From an uncultured delta proteobacterium (lineage in GTDB: Bacteria; Desulfobacterota; Zymogenia; Zymogenales; Zymogenaceae), in contig CAWBYW010000009.1 in the NCBI GenBank assembly GCA_963792965.1, forward strand, positions 192,001-256,000: DNA of 64,000 nt, given 5' to 3'. The notes below the pieces were generated by a model. It was not told the origin of the DNA. It did no database searches and worked only from the letters and a program-made list of their open reading frames with translations. Positions 39,637 through 50,445 of the stretch are shown here, piece after piece. Numbering within the stretch: the stretch's first letter is position 1; each line of letters begins with the position of its first letter. The translations under genes were made by a program, and so were the position numbers.

Positions 39637-40644
39637 TTAGAGACGTGCGCCGACGTACGCGGCAAGGTCGACCAGACGCTCGGTGTAGCCGGACTCATTG
39701 TCGTACCATGCGATGACCTTGGCCATCTTTCCCTCGACAACAATGGTCAGCGGCGCGTCGAAAATAGCGGAGTAGGGCGACGACTGAAAATCAATCGAGA
39801 CAAGCTCCTCCTCCATATACTGGATAATACCTTTGAGCTTCCCGTTTGCCGCTTCTTTAACGGCCGCATTGATGGTTTCGGGGGTCACTGTTTTCTTCAG
39901 GTCGGCAACGAAGTCCACAAGCGATACGTTTGGGGTGGGGACGCGGATCGCAAACCCGTCGAGCTTTCCCTTCAGCTCCGGGATGACCTGGGTCACCGCG
40001 ACCGCGGCTCCGGTGGTCGTCGGCACCATGGAGAGCGCCGCGGCGCGCGCCCGCCTCAGGTCCTTATGAGAGCCGTCCAGGAGCCTCTGATCCATCGTAT
40101 AGGAGTGGACGGTAGTCATCAGGCCCCTCTCGATCCCGAAGCTATCATTAAGCACCTTGACGACGGGGGCAAGGCAGTTGGTCGTGCAGGATGCGTTGGA
40201 AATAATGTTATGGGTCTTCGGATCATACGTGTCCTCGTTAACACCCAAAACGATCGTGGCATCCACGCCCTTTCCCGGGGCGGCCAGGATTACCTTCTTC
40301 GCGCCGCCCTCGAGGTGGCCCGTCATTTCACCTTTTTTACGGAATTTGCCGGTGCACTCCAGCACGATATCGACCCCTTCCTGTCCCCAGGTGATGCACT
40401 TGAGGTCATTGGTCTCACGGCAAATGAAGACTTTCTTTCCGTTGACAATTATCGAGTCGTCGTCATAAGTCACGTCCGCGTTATATATGCCATGGATCGA
40501 ATCGTACTTGAACAGGTGAGCCAGGACCTTCGATTCCGCACGACTGTTGATGGACACAATGTCCATGTCTTTGCGTTTGAGAATGCTGCGGAGCGCGTAT
40601 CTTCCAACCCGGCCGAATCCGTTAATACCAACTCTTACGGTCAT
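39637..40644 (-). CDS. gap: type I glyceraldehyde-3-phosphate dehydrogenase
   Basis: GINGFGRVG, SNASCTTNC, WYDNE. Confidence 0.97.
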   Translation of the reverse strand: MTVRVGINGFGRVGRYALRSILKRKDMDIVSINSRAESKVLAHLFKYDSIHGIYNADVTYDDDSIIVNGKKVFICRETNDLKCITWGQEGVDIVLECTGKFRKKGEMTGHLEGGAKKVILAAPGKGVDATIVLGVNEDTYDPKTHNIISNASCTTNCLAPVVKVLNDSFGIERGLMTTVHSYTMDQRLLDGSHKDLRRARAAALSMVPTTTGAAVAVTQVIPELKGKLDGFAIRVPTPNVSLVDFVADLKKTVTPETINAAVKEAANGKLKGIIQYMEEELVSIDFQSSPYSAIFDAPLTIVVEGKMAKVIAWYDNESGYTERLVDLAAYVGARL

Positions 40645-40827
40645 TTCCATCTCCATTCAAGATTTGAATAATCGTGTAACAGCTTTCTTATATACCAAGA
40701 CACGGGATTCGTCAAGGAGATTTCCGGCCTTGTGCGCGAACAGGGCGGTCTTCGGAAGTTTATATTAAAAAACGCCCGTTAGGCGATATATTTGTATCGG
40801 CGACGAATAGTGGGAAAGTGATCGGTC

Positions 40828-41040
40828 TTATCCCTTTTCTCCATTCTCCTCGGAGATTTCCTCATGGACAAAAGAGATGAGTTTACCCGAAAAATCGAGG
40901 ATTTGGCCGAGATCATAGCCCGAAGTCTTCAGCTCTTTGAACATGGTTTTGGCAAGGAGATCCATACCCTTATGGCCGTTGCTCTTGTGCCGGCCGTTTC
41001 CATTTCCGTTCCCGCTTATCTTCTTCGTAAGTGCCGTCAT
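40828..41040 (-). CDS. small hypothetical protein (70 aa)
   Basis: SD GAGG; helical LLAKTMFKELKTSGY...ILDFSGKLISFV core. Confidence 0.7.
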   Translation of the reverse strand: MTALTKKISGNGNGNGRHKSNGHKGMDLLAKTMFKELKTSGYDLGQILDFSGKLISFVHEEISEENGEKG

Positions 41041-41152
41041 TGGTTCCTCAGTGCGCGTATTCTGTGGCTATCTATCGTAAAAAGCCGTTGTCAATTTGTC
41101 GTCAACCACTATGGGTAGTCTTTTTCATGAGCCCGCCGACCGAGTATTCTAT

Positions 41153-41169
41153 AAGCAAATACCTTGCCA
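41153..41169 (-). promoter_or_regulatory. sigma54 (-24/-12) promoter
   Basis: TGGCAAGGTATTTGCTT on minus strand, GG-N10-GC. Confidence 0.72.
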
Positions 41170-41260
41170 GGTCGTGGACAGTCGCACGGAATAAATACGT
41201 AACGATGTCAAGTAGTTATCTGAGCGACTGCGAGGGAGGTTCGTGAAAACCGGTAAGCTA

Positions 41261-41300
41261 TGTTAGAAATCACACATAATGTGTGTCATATATAACACAC
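41261..41300. promoter_or_regulatory. tandem enhancer-binding-protein UAS
   Basis: TGT-N10-ACA at 41261-41276 and 41282-41297, 21 bp apart. Confidence 0.55.
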
Positions 41301-41390
41301 CTTGCCGGAGAAAGGCGGGTGACCTTTTCGACACACGTGAAGGCCTTACTCCTGGCCTTTACCGCCCACCCCCAAGACCACCAAGCCCCC

Positions 41391-42227
41391 TCACTGGCAC
41401 CTCTTGCCCTTCTCGTTTTCGAGCTTTTTTATCTCTTCGACGATCTCGGGAAGAATCGTCCCCACCATCCCGAGGATGATGTAGTCGGACACCTTTCCCG
41501 TCAGCGGTGTCGGCTCATTATTGATCTCGACTACCACCGCGCCGACGTTCTGTGACGGCTCGGTAACCGCGGTGGAGAAGAAACCCCCGCCCCTCTTCGC
41601 GATGAAGGGGAGCTCGGCGGCGGGATAGACCACGGCGGAGGTCCCCGCCACGATCATCACGTCGGAGAGCCGCGCCTCCGAAATCGACCGGTGAAGGGCT
41701 TGGGGAGGGATCGGCTCTCCGAAGAAGACGGCGTCCGGCTTGAGGATCCCGCCGCACTTTTCACAGCGCGGCGGCAGCTCGCCCGCGTCGATCTTTTTTT
41801 CAATATCGTCCGATGAATATCGAAGGCCGCAGCTGATGCAGCGCCCCCACAGGAGGCTCCCATGAAACTCGATCACATCCTTGCTCCCGGCTTTCTGATG
41901 GAGGTCGTCGACGTTCTGGGTAATGACGCAGCTGAGGTATCCCATCGCCTCAAGCTCAGCCAGGGCGATATGTGCGGGGTTCGGCCTGGCCTGGGCCATA
42001 TCGAGGTCCCCCTCCTGCTTCATCTTGATGCTCATCTCCCAGATCCGCCTCGGGTTGGACATGAAACGCTCGAACATGAACTCCATAGGGTCGTATTTTT
42101 CCCACAGTCCGCCGGGACTTCGGAAATCCGGGATGCCCGACTCCGTGCTGACGCCGGCGCCCGTCAGGGCCACCACGTGCTGCGCGCCGTAGATCTCCCA
42201 TGCCGCCCGTGAAATCAGGTCTTTCAT
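41391..42227 (-). CDS. cobB: NAD-dependent protein deacylase (sirtuin)
   Basis: TGAGVSTESGIPDFR, TQNVD, HGS, CxxC..CxxC, GTS..VYPAA. Confidence 0.93.
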   Translation of the reverse strand: MKDLISRAAWEIYGAQHVVALTGAGVSTESGIPDFRSPGGLWEKYDPMEFMFERFMSNPRRIWEMSIKMKQEGDLDMAQARPNPAHIALAELEAMGYLSCVITQNVDDLHQKAGSKDVIEFHGSLLWGRCISCGLRYSSDDIEKKIDAGELPPRCEKCGGILKPDAVFFGEPIPPQALHRSISEARLSDVMIVAGTSAVVYPAAELPFIAKRGGGFFSTAVTEPSQNVGAVVVEINNEPTPLTGKVSDYIILGMVGTILPEIVEEIKKLENEKGKRCQ

Positions 42228-42353
42228 CGGTGAGCGCTCCTTCCTGGTTGGATTGGGTGTATGTGAGAAAAACTATCACAACGACGTTCGGATGACAAGC
42301 ATTTTGTCGAGGCGTCCGTGGCCCCTTCTGCCACCGAGAACGCGGCGCTTTCA

Positions 42354-43394
42354 TCAGGCATACTCGCAGGATATGTGGCAACTGGCGCTGTTTACGTCGG
42401 TGTAGACGCCCGAGAGGCACGCCCGGCAAAAATCCGGAGGACGGTGCCGGGCAAACGCGCGGCGGAGCCCCCGATATCCCGCGCCATTCCAGATATCACG
42501 GAAGTTATGCTCCGAGATCGTGCCGAGGAATAGGAGAGGAAAGCAGCAGGGCCTCACGTTTCCGTCGTAGCCGATATAGGAAAAATCATAGGGGCGAAGG
42601 CACGTCTCTTGGGGTGTCGGAGCACTCACGACGGCGTCGTTGGAAAACGGGGCGGGGAGCCGAACCTCGATGCCGAGGGCTCGTGCCCTCCTTTCTACCG
42701 CTTCGATGGCGGCGCGCGCCCGTCCCTGGTCGAAGAAGAGGCTCCGTTTCACGAGATCTTTCTTGTACGCCATCAGGTAGTTGATCTCGACGGCCTCGGC
42801 GCCGCATTCCGCCGCCAGATCCACGAGCTTCGGGAGGTCGCTGGCGTTGTCTGCCATCGCCACCGCGGCGATCGCCACGCGGGGCAGCCTCTTTCCGTTC
42901 TTGTTTCGCTCGGCGATGAACCCTCGTACGTTCGAGATAACGCGGTCAAAAGACGCCCCCCTTCGGATCGCCTCGAAACCTTCCCTATTGGGGGAATCGA
43001 TAGACACGGTGAACTCGGTGATCCCGCCCGACAGGACGGCCTGAGCCCGTTTTCCGGACAGGAGCGTCCCGTTGGTATAGAAAGACTTCTCGCACGAAAC
43101 GGGGGCCACGATGTCCATGATCTCGGCAAACCGGAGGTGGGCCAGCGGCTCCCCGTAGCCGTGGAGAATGAGCTTCTTGAGATAGGGAAACACGGGCGTG
43201 AGGGATTTAAAGAGCTTGACCGGAAGGCTCCCCGGCCCGTAGGGAAACTCGGCGCGCGCGCAGATGGAGCAGGCAAGGTTGCAGTCGGACGTGATCTCCA
43301 CCTGCATGATCGTGGGCAGCGAGACGAGCGTTTCTCGTTTCAGTTTTTGCTCCAGGACGTTGAGCAGGGAGTTCGCGGAGGATTTTACGTTCAT
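42354..43394 (-). CDS. radical SAM protein with SPASM/twitch domain
   Basis: CNLACSIC, GYGEP, TNG; C..P....GNVRPCC...CRAC; start 43394 inferred. Confidence 0.9.
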   Translation of the reverse strand: MNVKSSANSLLNVLEQKLKRETLVSLPTIMQVEITSDCNLACSICARAEFPYGPGSLPVKLFKSLTPVFPYLKKLILHGYGEPLAHLRFAEIMDIVAPVSCEKSFYTNGTLLSGKRAQAVLSGGITEFTVSIDSPNREGFEAIRRGASFDRVISNVRGFIAERNKNGKRLPRVAIAAVAMADNASDLPKLVDLAAECGAEAVEINYLMAYKKDLVKRSLFFDQGRARAAIEAVERRARALGIEVRLPAPFSNDAVVSAPTPQETCLRPYDFSYIGYDGNVRPCCFPLLFLGTISEHNFRDIWNGAGYRGLRRAFARHRPPDFCRACLSGVYTDVNSASCHISCEYA

Positions 43395-43477
43395 AGATGA
43401 TTGTCGATTCGTCGTCGCACGGCTTTTCTGAATCTCTCCCGACACGGCATCCCGGGAAACAGGATGTTTTGGTCCCC

Positions 43478-44098
43478 CTAAGAGAGCGCGTTCTTGATCC
43501 CGTCTATGATGAACTGCGCAGCCATCACGCAAAGGATAAGCCCCATGACCCGCTCCAGGATGTTCATGCCGGTCCTGCCGAAGACCCGTTGCACCGTTTC
43601 GGCCCAACTGAGCAGGATAAAGGAGATCAGCATCGTGAGGAAGCTGCCGGCAAGTATTACCATCTTGCTCTCCCACCCCGGCGTATCGGCCGACAGGACC
43701 ATCACCGTGGTGATAGAGGCGGGCCCCGCGAGGATGGGGATCGCCATTGGGACGATGGAGATATCTTCCTTTTTCTCACCCTCGTCTTCTTCCTCGGGCG
43801 TGGTGATCACGCGCGCGCGGATGATGCGGATCATGGCAAACCCGATGAAGAAGAGGATGATGCCCCCCGCGATCTGGAAGGCTTCCACCGTGATACCGAA
43901 AAATTTCAGGATGCTGTCGCCGAAAAGGGTAAATACCGACAGGACCAAGAGCGCCGTCACGCATGACTTGAGTGCGGTCTTCCTCGCCTTGCGTGGGTCC
44001 ATCCCCTTGGTGAGAGTAAGGAAAATCGCAACGCTCTCAGGCGCCCCCACCACCACGAAAATCGTGATGAACGACGTTATGGCAAAGGTATAGTTCAT
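43478..44098 (-). CDS. MarC family membrane protein
   Basis: FQIAGGIILF, VPMAIPILAGP, ERVMGLIL. Confidence 0.93.
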   Translation of the reverse strand: MNYTFAITSFITIFVVVGAPESVAIFLTLTKGMDPRKARKTALKSCVTALLVLSVFTLFGDSILKFFGITVEAFQIAGGIILFFIGFAMIRIIRARVITTPEEEDEGEKKEDISIVPMAIPILAGPASITTVMVLSADTPGWESKMVILAGSFLTMLISFILLSWAETVQRVFGRTGMNILERVMGLILCVMAAQFIIDGIKNALS

Positions 44099-44121
44099 AC
44101 GTCACGACCCACCGCGGTACG

Positions 44122-45456
44122 TCAGGCGCAAAGTCTCAGGATGAGCTCATAAATATACCGGACGCCGAGTAGCATCCCCTCCTCGCTGATCTTCTCGTTT
44201 TTACCGTGGACCGCCTGGACATCCTGTGTCGTGAGCGGGGCGGGAAGAAGCCCGTATGATACGATCCCGAGGTCACGAAAGAAGCGTGAGTCGGTAAATC
44301 CTGTTGAAATCATCGGGATGGTGACGGAATCGGGCGAGAGTCGGCTCGCCGTCTCCGTGACCGCCTCAAAGAATTCTCCGTCGGCGGGCGAGAGCGACGC
44401 GGGGCTGTAGAAGATCTCGCGAATCGCGATCTTCTCGTCGCCGAGCCGGCCCCTCATCCACTCTTTGAATGCTTCCTTGTCGGTCCCGGGAAGCAGCCGC
44501 GTATCCACGGTCACGTGCGCCTTGTCGGGTATGACGTTCTCCTTGATCCCGGCCCGTGCCGTCGTGACGCTCACGGTGTCCGTGAGCATGGCGCCGATCG
44601 TGGGGGTTTTGGCCAGGAGCGTGCCGACCAGCGGACGCATGAACGCAAGACGGACGCTCCTGAGGATCACCCCCTTTACGCCCCCGATTCCGGAGCCCAG
44701 CCCGTCGCAGAATTTCACCGTCTCCGGCGTGAACCGCGCGCGCCTGTGCTTACTGCTGAGCCGGAGGACCCCCTCGGACAATTTGAGGATCGCGTTATCG
44801 GCCACCGGGACGGATCCGTGCCCGGAAGTACCCTCCCGGGAGAGCTCCATCCAGAGGGGACCCTTCTCCCCGACGGCGACCATATACGCGGCCCTGTCCT
44901 TCGGCAGGGTATCTCTCATATGCGCGCCGCCTTCGTTGAGGAGAAAGGCCGCGCTCAACCTATCTTTATGCTCACGCGCCATGTATCCCGCCCCAAGATG
45001 TCCCCCGGTCTCCTCGTCGGCGGTGGCCAGGAACAGAACGTCCCGCTTGAGCTTGATCCCGTTTCGCTTTATCAACAGGAAGGCAACCAGCTCCATGACT
45101 CCCATTCCCTTATCGTCAAGCGTCCCCCGGCCAAGGACGTAGCCGTCCTTGCGTTTCCCCTCGAACGGGTCGAAATCCCAGCTCTCGGCCTGTGCGCCCA
45201 CGGTGTCGATGTGGGAAAGGAGGATGAGCCCCTTAGGACCCGCGCCTGCAAGTTTCGCCAGAATGCTGGCGCGTTTCTTTGCACCGAAAAAGATCTCGGA
45301 ACTGACCCCGTCCTTTTTTAAGAGAGCGGAGAGAAACCTCGCCGCCTCTTCCTCATCTCCGGGTGGGTTGACGGTCTTGATCCGTACATACCGGGAGAGG
45401 ATATCGGCCGCTTCTTCCTTTACTCTGTTCCAATCGATACCGTTTGTCTTACTCAT
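44122..45456 (-). CDS. M20/M25/M40 family metallo-hydrolase
   Basis: [31 protein letters not shown]. Confidence 0.92.
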   Translation of the reverse strand: MSKTNGIDWNRVKEEAADILSRYVRIKTVNPPGDEEEAARFLSALLKKDGVSSEIFFGAKKRASILAKLAGAGPKGLILLSHIDTVGAQAESWDFDPFEGKRKDGYVLGRGTLDDKGMGVMELVAFLLIKRNGIKLKRDVLFLATADEETGGHLGAGYMAREHKDRLSAAFLLNEGGAHMRDTLPKDRAAYMVAVGEKGPLWMELSREGTSGHGSVPVADNAILKLSEGVLRLSSKHRRARFTPETVKFCDGLGSGIGGVKGVILRSVRLAFMRPLVGTLLAKTPTIGAMLTDTVSVTTARAGIKENVIPDKAHVTVDTRLLPGTDKEAFKEWMRGRLGDEKIAIREIFYSPASLSPADGEFFEAVTETASRLSPDSVTIPMISTGFTDSRFFRDLGIVSYGLLPAPLTTQDVQAVHGKNEKISEEGMLLGVRYIYELILRLCA

Positions 45457-45772
45457 CGTCATCCACCCGTCTTCGAATGTTCTTTTTTTGCGAAACGCTC
45501 TTCTTTATTTCAAGGCGCCGCTCCCGCGCTCCTCGGGGGATTCGGGTCCCGATGCGAACGGTCGCGGGCCTCGTCCTTTCCTCGATCCTCTCGCTGAGGC
45601 GCTCAAACGCCTTTTTGAGGTTGATGCTCCGGTACCGACTCTCGGAAGCGGTGGCGCTGACCCCGGTCGGGAGGTGCGTGATCCGTACTGCCGTGTCCTT
45701 CTTGTTTTTCCGCTGGCCACCGGGACCGGATGACCGATAAAACTCGATGGATATTTCATCTTTGGAGAACAT
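45449..45772 (-). CDS. RF-1 domain peptidyl-tRNA hydrolase (ArfB-like)
   Basis: [17 protein letters not shown], basic C-terminal tail. Confidence 0.85.
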   Translation of the reverse strand: MFSKDEISIEFYRSSGPGGQRKNKKDTAVRITHLPTGVSATASESRYRSINLKKAFERLSERIEERTRPATVRIGTRIPRGARERRLEIKKSVSQKKNIRRRVDDDE

Positions 45773-45876
45773 GGGTTATGAAAGCGCGTTGACTCGTCGA
45801 AAAAGGAGTAGACCTGCTGCTCGGGCCATGCCCGTCCGCGCAAGCCGCCCGGGTAAAATTGCATCCTGACGCTTTC

Positions 45877-47122
45877 TTATCCGATGGTCGGGATATCCCG
45901 CTCGTCGAGCGGCCCCAACAAGACCGCCGTCATTATGTTCGGGTTGATAATCTCGTTTGCAACCGCAAGGACGTCCTGGGCGGTGACGCTGTTGATTTTC
46001 TCTATAATCTCCTCGGCCTTGATCTGGCGGCCGAAGTAGATCTCATTCTTGGCGAGTCTCCCGAGCCTCGCGTCGGTGCTCTCAAGGGAAAGCAGGAGGT
46101 TTCCCTTGATCTGACCCTTGGCGGAGGCAAGCTCTCCGTCCGGGAGAGGTTTTATCGTAAGCTCCTTGATCTCTTTCATCGTCACGTCGATGAGCTCTCC
46201 GAGCGATTCCTTGTCGGTCCCCGCATAGACCTCCAGCGCCCCGGCGTCCTTATAGGGTGAGAGGAATGAATAGATCGTGTATGCCAGGCCGCGTTTTTCC
46301 CTTACCTCCTGAAAAAGGCGTGAGCTCATCCCCCCTCCCATGACGGTGGTAAGGATGAGCTGGCTGTAACGCTTGGGGTGGGTATAGGGAAGGGCATTAA
46401 AGCCGATGATGAGGTGGACCTGCTCGATATCCCGGGGCTGCGCGACGGTCTTGGCCACAAAACGCGGTGCGGCCATCGGCTCGGGCTTTCCCCTCGGGAC
46501 GCCGGCCAGCGCGTCGCTCAAGCAGGCCCGCAAGGGTCCCATGATCGAAATTACCCACGGCGCCAACTATGATGTTTTCCTGCGTATGGTGATGCGCGCG
46601 GTAGTCGATCAGAGACTGGCGGGTGATGGACTTGACGGTCTTTTCCTCTCCGAGGATCGAATAGCCGAGAGGGTGGTCGCCCCACATGGTCTTGAAGGAA
46701 AGATCATGGATATAGTCATCGGGGGCGTCTTCCACCATTTTTATCTCCTGGATGACCACCCCCTTTTCCTTCTTGAGCTCACCTTCGGGGAACGTCGGGT
46801 TTACAAACAGATCGCACAGGACGTCGACCCCAAGGGCGACGTCCTCCTTGAGCACCTTCACGTAGAAATTGGTGTATTCCTTCGACGTATAGGCGTTGAG
46901 GTTTCCCCCCACGTCATCGATCTCCTTGGCGATCTGGAACGCACTCCGTTTTTCGGTCCCTTTGAAGAGCATGTGCTCGACGAAGTGACCCATCCCCATG
47001 GTCCGTTTCTCGTCGGAGATCGAGCCCGATTTCACCCAGATCCCGAGGGATACCGAGTGAACATACGGTATATGTTCCGAAAGAAAGGTGATCCCTTTTC
47101 CGATGTCTGTCTTCTTAAACAT
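45877..47122 (-). CDS. cytoplasmic M16 family peptidase (frameshift ~46520)
   Basis: HFVEHMLFKGT, NAYTSKE / GGGMSSRLFQEVREKRGLAY; downstream of pnp. Confidence 0.9.
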
Positions 47123-47134
47123 GTCCGCCGGTTT

Positions 47135-49231
47135 TTACGATTCGTCGCCCCGCAGGGCTTCTTTACGGGAGAGCTTGATCCTCCCCTCTTTGTCGATATC
47201 GATGACTTTGACCCTGACCGTATCGCCTTCCTTGATCACATCCGTGACCTTGTTGACGCGGTTCCTGGCAAGCTGCGATATGTGGACCAACCCATCGACT
47301 CCGGGGAGTATCTCCACGAAGGCGCCGAAGTCGACCACCCGCACGACCTTCCCGTCATAGATCTCTCCGATTGCGGCCTCTTTAGTCAGCTCCTTGATCG
47401 TCTCTATGGCCCGGTTTGCGGCAGCCTCGTCGTTGGAGGCGATCTCCACCTTGCCATCGTCGGTGATCTCGATCCTGACGCCGGTATCGCTGACGATCTT
47501 CCTTATCATCTTTCCACCGGGGCCGATGACGTCCCTGATCTTATCGGGATTGATGAAGATCGTTATGATGCGCGGCGCATGGGGCGACAGCTCCGGGCGC
47601 GGCTTTACTATGGCCTGAGACATCTTGGCCAGTATATGCTCCCTGCCCGCCTTCGCCTGCGTGAGGGCCTGCCCCAGGATCGCTTCTCCGATACCCTTGA
47701 TCTTGATGTCCATCTGCAGCGCGGTGATCCCCTTCTTCGTGCCGGCGACCTTGAAGTCCATGTCGCCCGCATGGTCCTCGTCTCCCATGATGTCCGTCAG
47801 GATGGCCACCTTGTCGCCTTCCTTAACGAGGCCCATCGCGATCCCCGCCACGTGTTCTTTGACGGGGACGCCCGCATCCATCAGGGAAAGGCTTGAGCCG
47901 CAGACGGTCGCCATTGAGGACGATCCGTTGGACTCCAGCACGTCCGAGACGATCCGGATGGTGTACGGGAAGTCTTCGGCGTGGGGCAGGACACTGGAAA
48001 TCGCTCGCTCCGCCAGGGCGCCGTGGCCGATCTCCCGTCTTGTGGGCCCGCGCAGCGGCCGGGCCTCGCCGACCGAAAACGGCGGGAAATTGTAGTGGAG
48101 CATGAACGATTTATAGCTCTCCCCCCTCAGCGCGTCGATCTTCTGCTCGTCCTGCGACGTCCCAAGGGTCGTCGAGGAGAGAACCTGGGTCTCCCCGCGG
48201 GTGAAGAGTGCGCTGCCGTGCGTGCGCGGGAGTATCGCCACCTCACAGGTGATGGGCCTGATCTCGTCGAATTTCCGCCCGTCAATGCGTAGTGCGCTGT
48301 CCAGGATCATCGTGCGCATGACGCGGCGCTCAACCTCATCGAAGCACGCCGCGGCTTCGATGATTTTCTCCGAGTCGTCGGCGATTTCGAGGGATTCGAA
48401 GAGCTCGTTTCTGAGATCCGCAAATACCCGGTATCGTTCCTGCTTTACTTTTACCGCAAAGGCCTTCTTGACCTTATCGATGATCCGCTTTTCTACGTCC
48501 GCCAGCAGCCTTGAATCGAGCTCTTTCTCGACGAATTCCCGCTTGGGGCGGCCCGCCTCTTTCATCAATTCGAGCTGAATGTCGATGAGCGGCTGCAGGG
48601 CGCGGTGGGCGGAGAATATCGCGTTCAGGACGTCCTCCTCGCTGATCTCCGAGCACTTCCCCTCCACCATCACGACGTTCTCGCGGCTCCCGGCGACCAT
48701 CAGATCCATGTCGCTCTTCTCGAGCTCCTCGCCGCTCGGGTTGAAGACGATCGTTCCATCGACCCTTCCCACCCTGACGGCCGCGATGGGCCCGTGAAAC
48801 GGGATGTCCGAAAGGCAGAGAGCGGCCGAAGCCCCGGTGAGCGCCATGATGTCCGGATCGTTATCCCGGTCGATGGAAAGGACCGTCGCCACGATCTGGG
48901 TCTCGTAGTGATATCCCTTGGGAAAGAGCGGCCTGATAGGCCGGTCGATGATGCGGCAGGTGAGGATTTCCCGTTCGCTGGGTCTTCCCTCCCGCTTGAA
49001 GAAGCCGCCGGGAATCTTGCCCGCGGCGTAGGTCATCTCCTGATAGTCAACGGTCAGGGGCAGAAAATCGGCCCCGGCCCGGGGAGTATCCGCCGATACG
49101 GCCGTGATGAGAACCCGTGTATCGCCATATTTCACAAAGACCGCGGCGCTGGCCTGTTTGGCCATCCTGCCGGTCTCGATGGCGAACGTCCTCCCATAGA
49201 AATCTGTCTGTTTTTCTGTTTGTTCGATCAT
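47135..49231 (-). CDS. pnp: polyribonucleotide nucleotidyltransferase
   Basis: [43 protein letters not shown] and S1 domains. Confidence 0.98.
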   Translation of the reverse strand: MIEQTEKQTDFYGRTFAIETGRMAKQASAAVFVKYGDTRVLITAVSADTPRAGADFLPLTVDYQEMTYAAGKIPGGFFKREGRPSEREILTCRIIDRPIRPLFPKGYHYETQIVATVLSIDRDNDPDIMALTGASAALCLSDIPFHGPIAAVRVGRVDGTIVFNPSGEELEKSDMDLMVAGSRENVVMVEGKCSEISEEDVLNAIFSAHRALQPLIDIQLELMKEAGRPKREFVEKELDSRLLADVEKRIIDKVKKAFAVKVKQERYRVFADLRNELFESLEIADDSEKIIEAAACFDEVERRVMRTMILDSALRIDGRKFDEIRPITCEVAILPRTHGSALFTRGETQVLSSTTLGTSQDEQKIDALRGESYKSFMLHYNFPPFSVGEARPLRGPTRREIGHGALAERAISSVLPHAEDFPYTIRIVSDVLESNGSSSMATVCGSSLSLMDAGVPVKEHVAGIAMGLVKEGDKVAILTDIMGDEDHAGDMDFKVAGTKKGITALQMDIKIKGIGEAILGQALTQAKAGREHILAKMSQAIVKPRPELSPHAPRIITIFINPDKIRDVIGPGGKMIRKIVSDTGVRIEITDDGKVEIASNDEAAANRAIETIKELTKEAAIGEIYDGKVVRVVDFGAFVEILPGVDGLVHISQLARNRVNKVTDVIKEGDTVRVKVIDIDKEGRIKLSRKEALRGDES

Positions 49232-49263
49232 ATAGTTTTTCCAAAGTCTGGGGGCGGCCTTTC

Positions 49264-49533
49264 TTACTTTCTGATGCCGAGCCGTGCGATGAGCTCCCGG
49301 TATCCCTCGAGATTCTTCCTCTTGAGGTAGTCCAGGAGCCTCCTGCGTTGTCCGACCATTTTCAAGAGGCCGCGCCGAGACGTGTGATCCTTCTTATGTG
49401 TTTTAAAATGTTCCGTAAGGATGGTGATACGCTCCGTTAAAAGGGCGATCTGAACCTCCGGTGAACCGGTATCGGACGGATGTTTCTTATATCCGCCGAT
49501 AATCTCAACTTTCTTCTCTTTTGCCAACGACAT
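49264..49533 (-). CDS. rpsO: 30S ribosomal protein S15
   Basis: [23 protein letters not shown]. Confidence 0.98.
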   Translation of the reverse strand: MSLAKEKKVEIIGGYKKHPSDTGSPEVQIALLTERITILTEHFKTHKKDHTSRRGLLKMVGQRRRLLDYLKRKNLEGYRELIARLGIRK

Positions 49534-49551
49534 GGCATTACCTCCTTTCTG

Positions 49552-50445
49552 TCACACAAATACTTTGAGCGGCTTCAAATTTGCCCTCATATTCTCATCC
49601 AAAACCTTTGCCAGCGCCACCAGCTTTCCGTCGTGCACTAATTTTACCGTGACCCCCGGCCGCATCTCCGACAGCTCCCGGGAGCTCAGAAATCCGCCGT
49701 TAGCCACAAGGTTTGCCTGCTCGTGGCTGATGGGTACTTCCCTGATGTCTGCGACCGCCTCCCTGAGGCTCATCACGGCGCTGTAGCCGGAAATGCCGAG
49801 CGCCACGAAATCAAAGAGCGGGTGGGCCATCTCGATGGTGAACGGGCCCGAGGCCGTTCTCCTGAGCTGTTCGAGGTAGGCGCCCACCCCAAGCGCCTCT
49901 CCGATGTCAGCCGCCAGCGCCCTGATGTAGGTTCCGGGACCGCATCTCGCCTCGAAAGTGACCCGCGGGGGCTCATATTCGACCAGGTCCAGCGACCGAA
50001 TATGGACGGTGCGCGCAGCCGGCTGGGGAGTCACCGCCCCACTTCGAGCCAGCTTGTAGAGTCTCACGCCATCGACCTTTACGGCCGAATAGAGCGGGGG
50101 CCTCTGGAGGATGTCCCCCACGAAACGGGCCATCACAAGCCTTATGTCGTCCTCGGTGATGCCGGCGATGTCGTGGCTCTCGAGAACCTTCCCGGTTCCG
50201 TCGTAGGTATCCGTCGCCGCGCCGAGAACCATCACCCCCGTATAAGCTTTCTCGGTCTTATCCAGAAACGGGATAAGCTTCGTTCCTTGATTGACGCCCA
50301 TGACCAGCACACCTGTGGCAAAGGGGTCCAGTGTCCCGGTGTGGCCGACCTTGGCGGCACACAGCGACCGCTTGACCTGCTGTACCGCGTCGTGTGAGGT
50401 CAAGCGATCGGGCTTATCGATGATAACTACACCGTCAAACGACAC
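49552..50445 (-). CDS. truB: tRNA pseudouridine(55) synthase
   Basis: KVGHTGTLDPFATG, PPLYSAVK, GTYIR. Confidence 0.96.
   Translation of the reverse strand: MSFDGVVIIDKPDRLTSHDAVQQVKRSLCAAKVGHTGTLDPFATGVLVMGVNQGTKLIPFLDKTEKAYTGVMVLGAATDTYDGTGKVLESHDIAGITEDDIRLVMARFVGDILQRPPLYSAVKVDGVRLYKLARSGAVTPQPAARTVHIRSLDLVEYEPPRVTFEARCGPGTYIRALAADIGEALGVGAYLEQLRRTASGPFTIEMAHPLFDFVALGISGYSAVMSLREAVADIREVPISHEQANLVANGGFLSSRELSEMRPGVTVKLVHDGKLVALAKVLDENMRANLKPLKVFV

Noticed and set aside
40828-43394. 70-aa GNGNGNG protein as RiPP precursor of the radical SAM enzyme
   Set aside because: Separated by the sirtuin, has its own promoter, looks like a folded helical protein, and no RRE or transporter is evident
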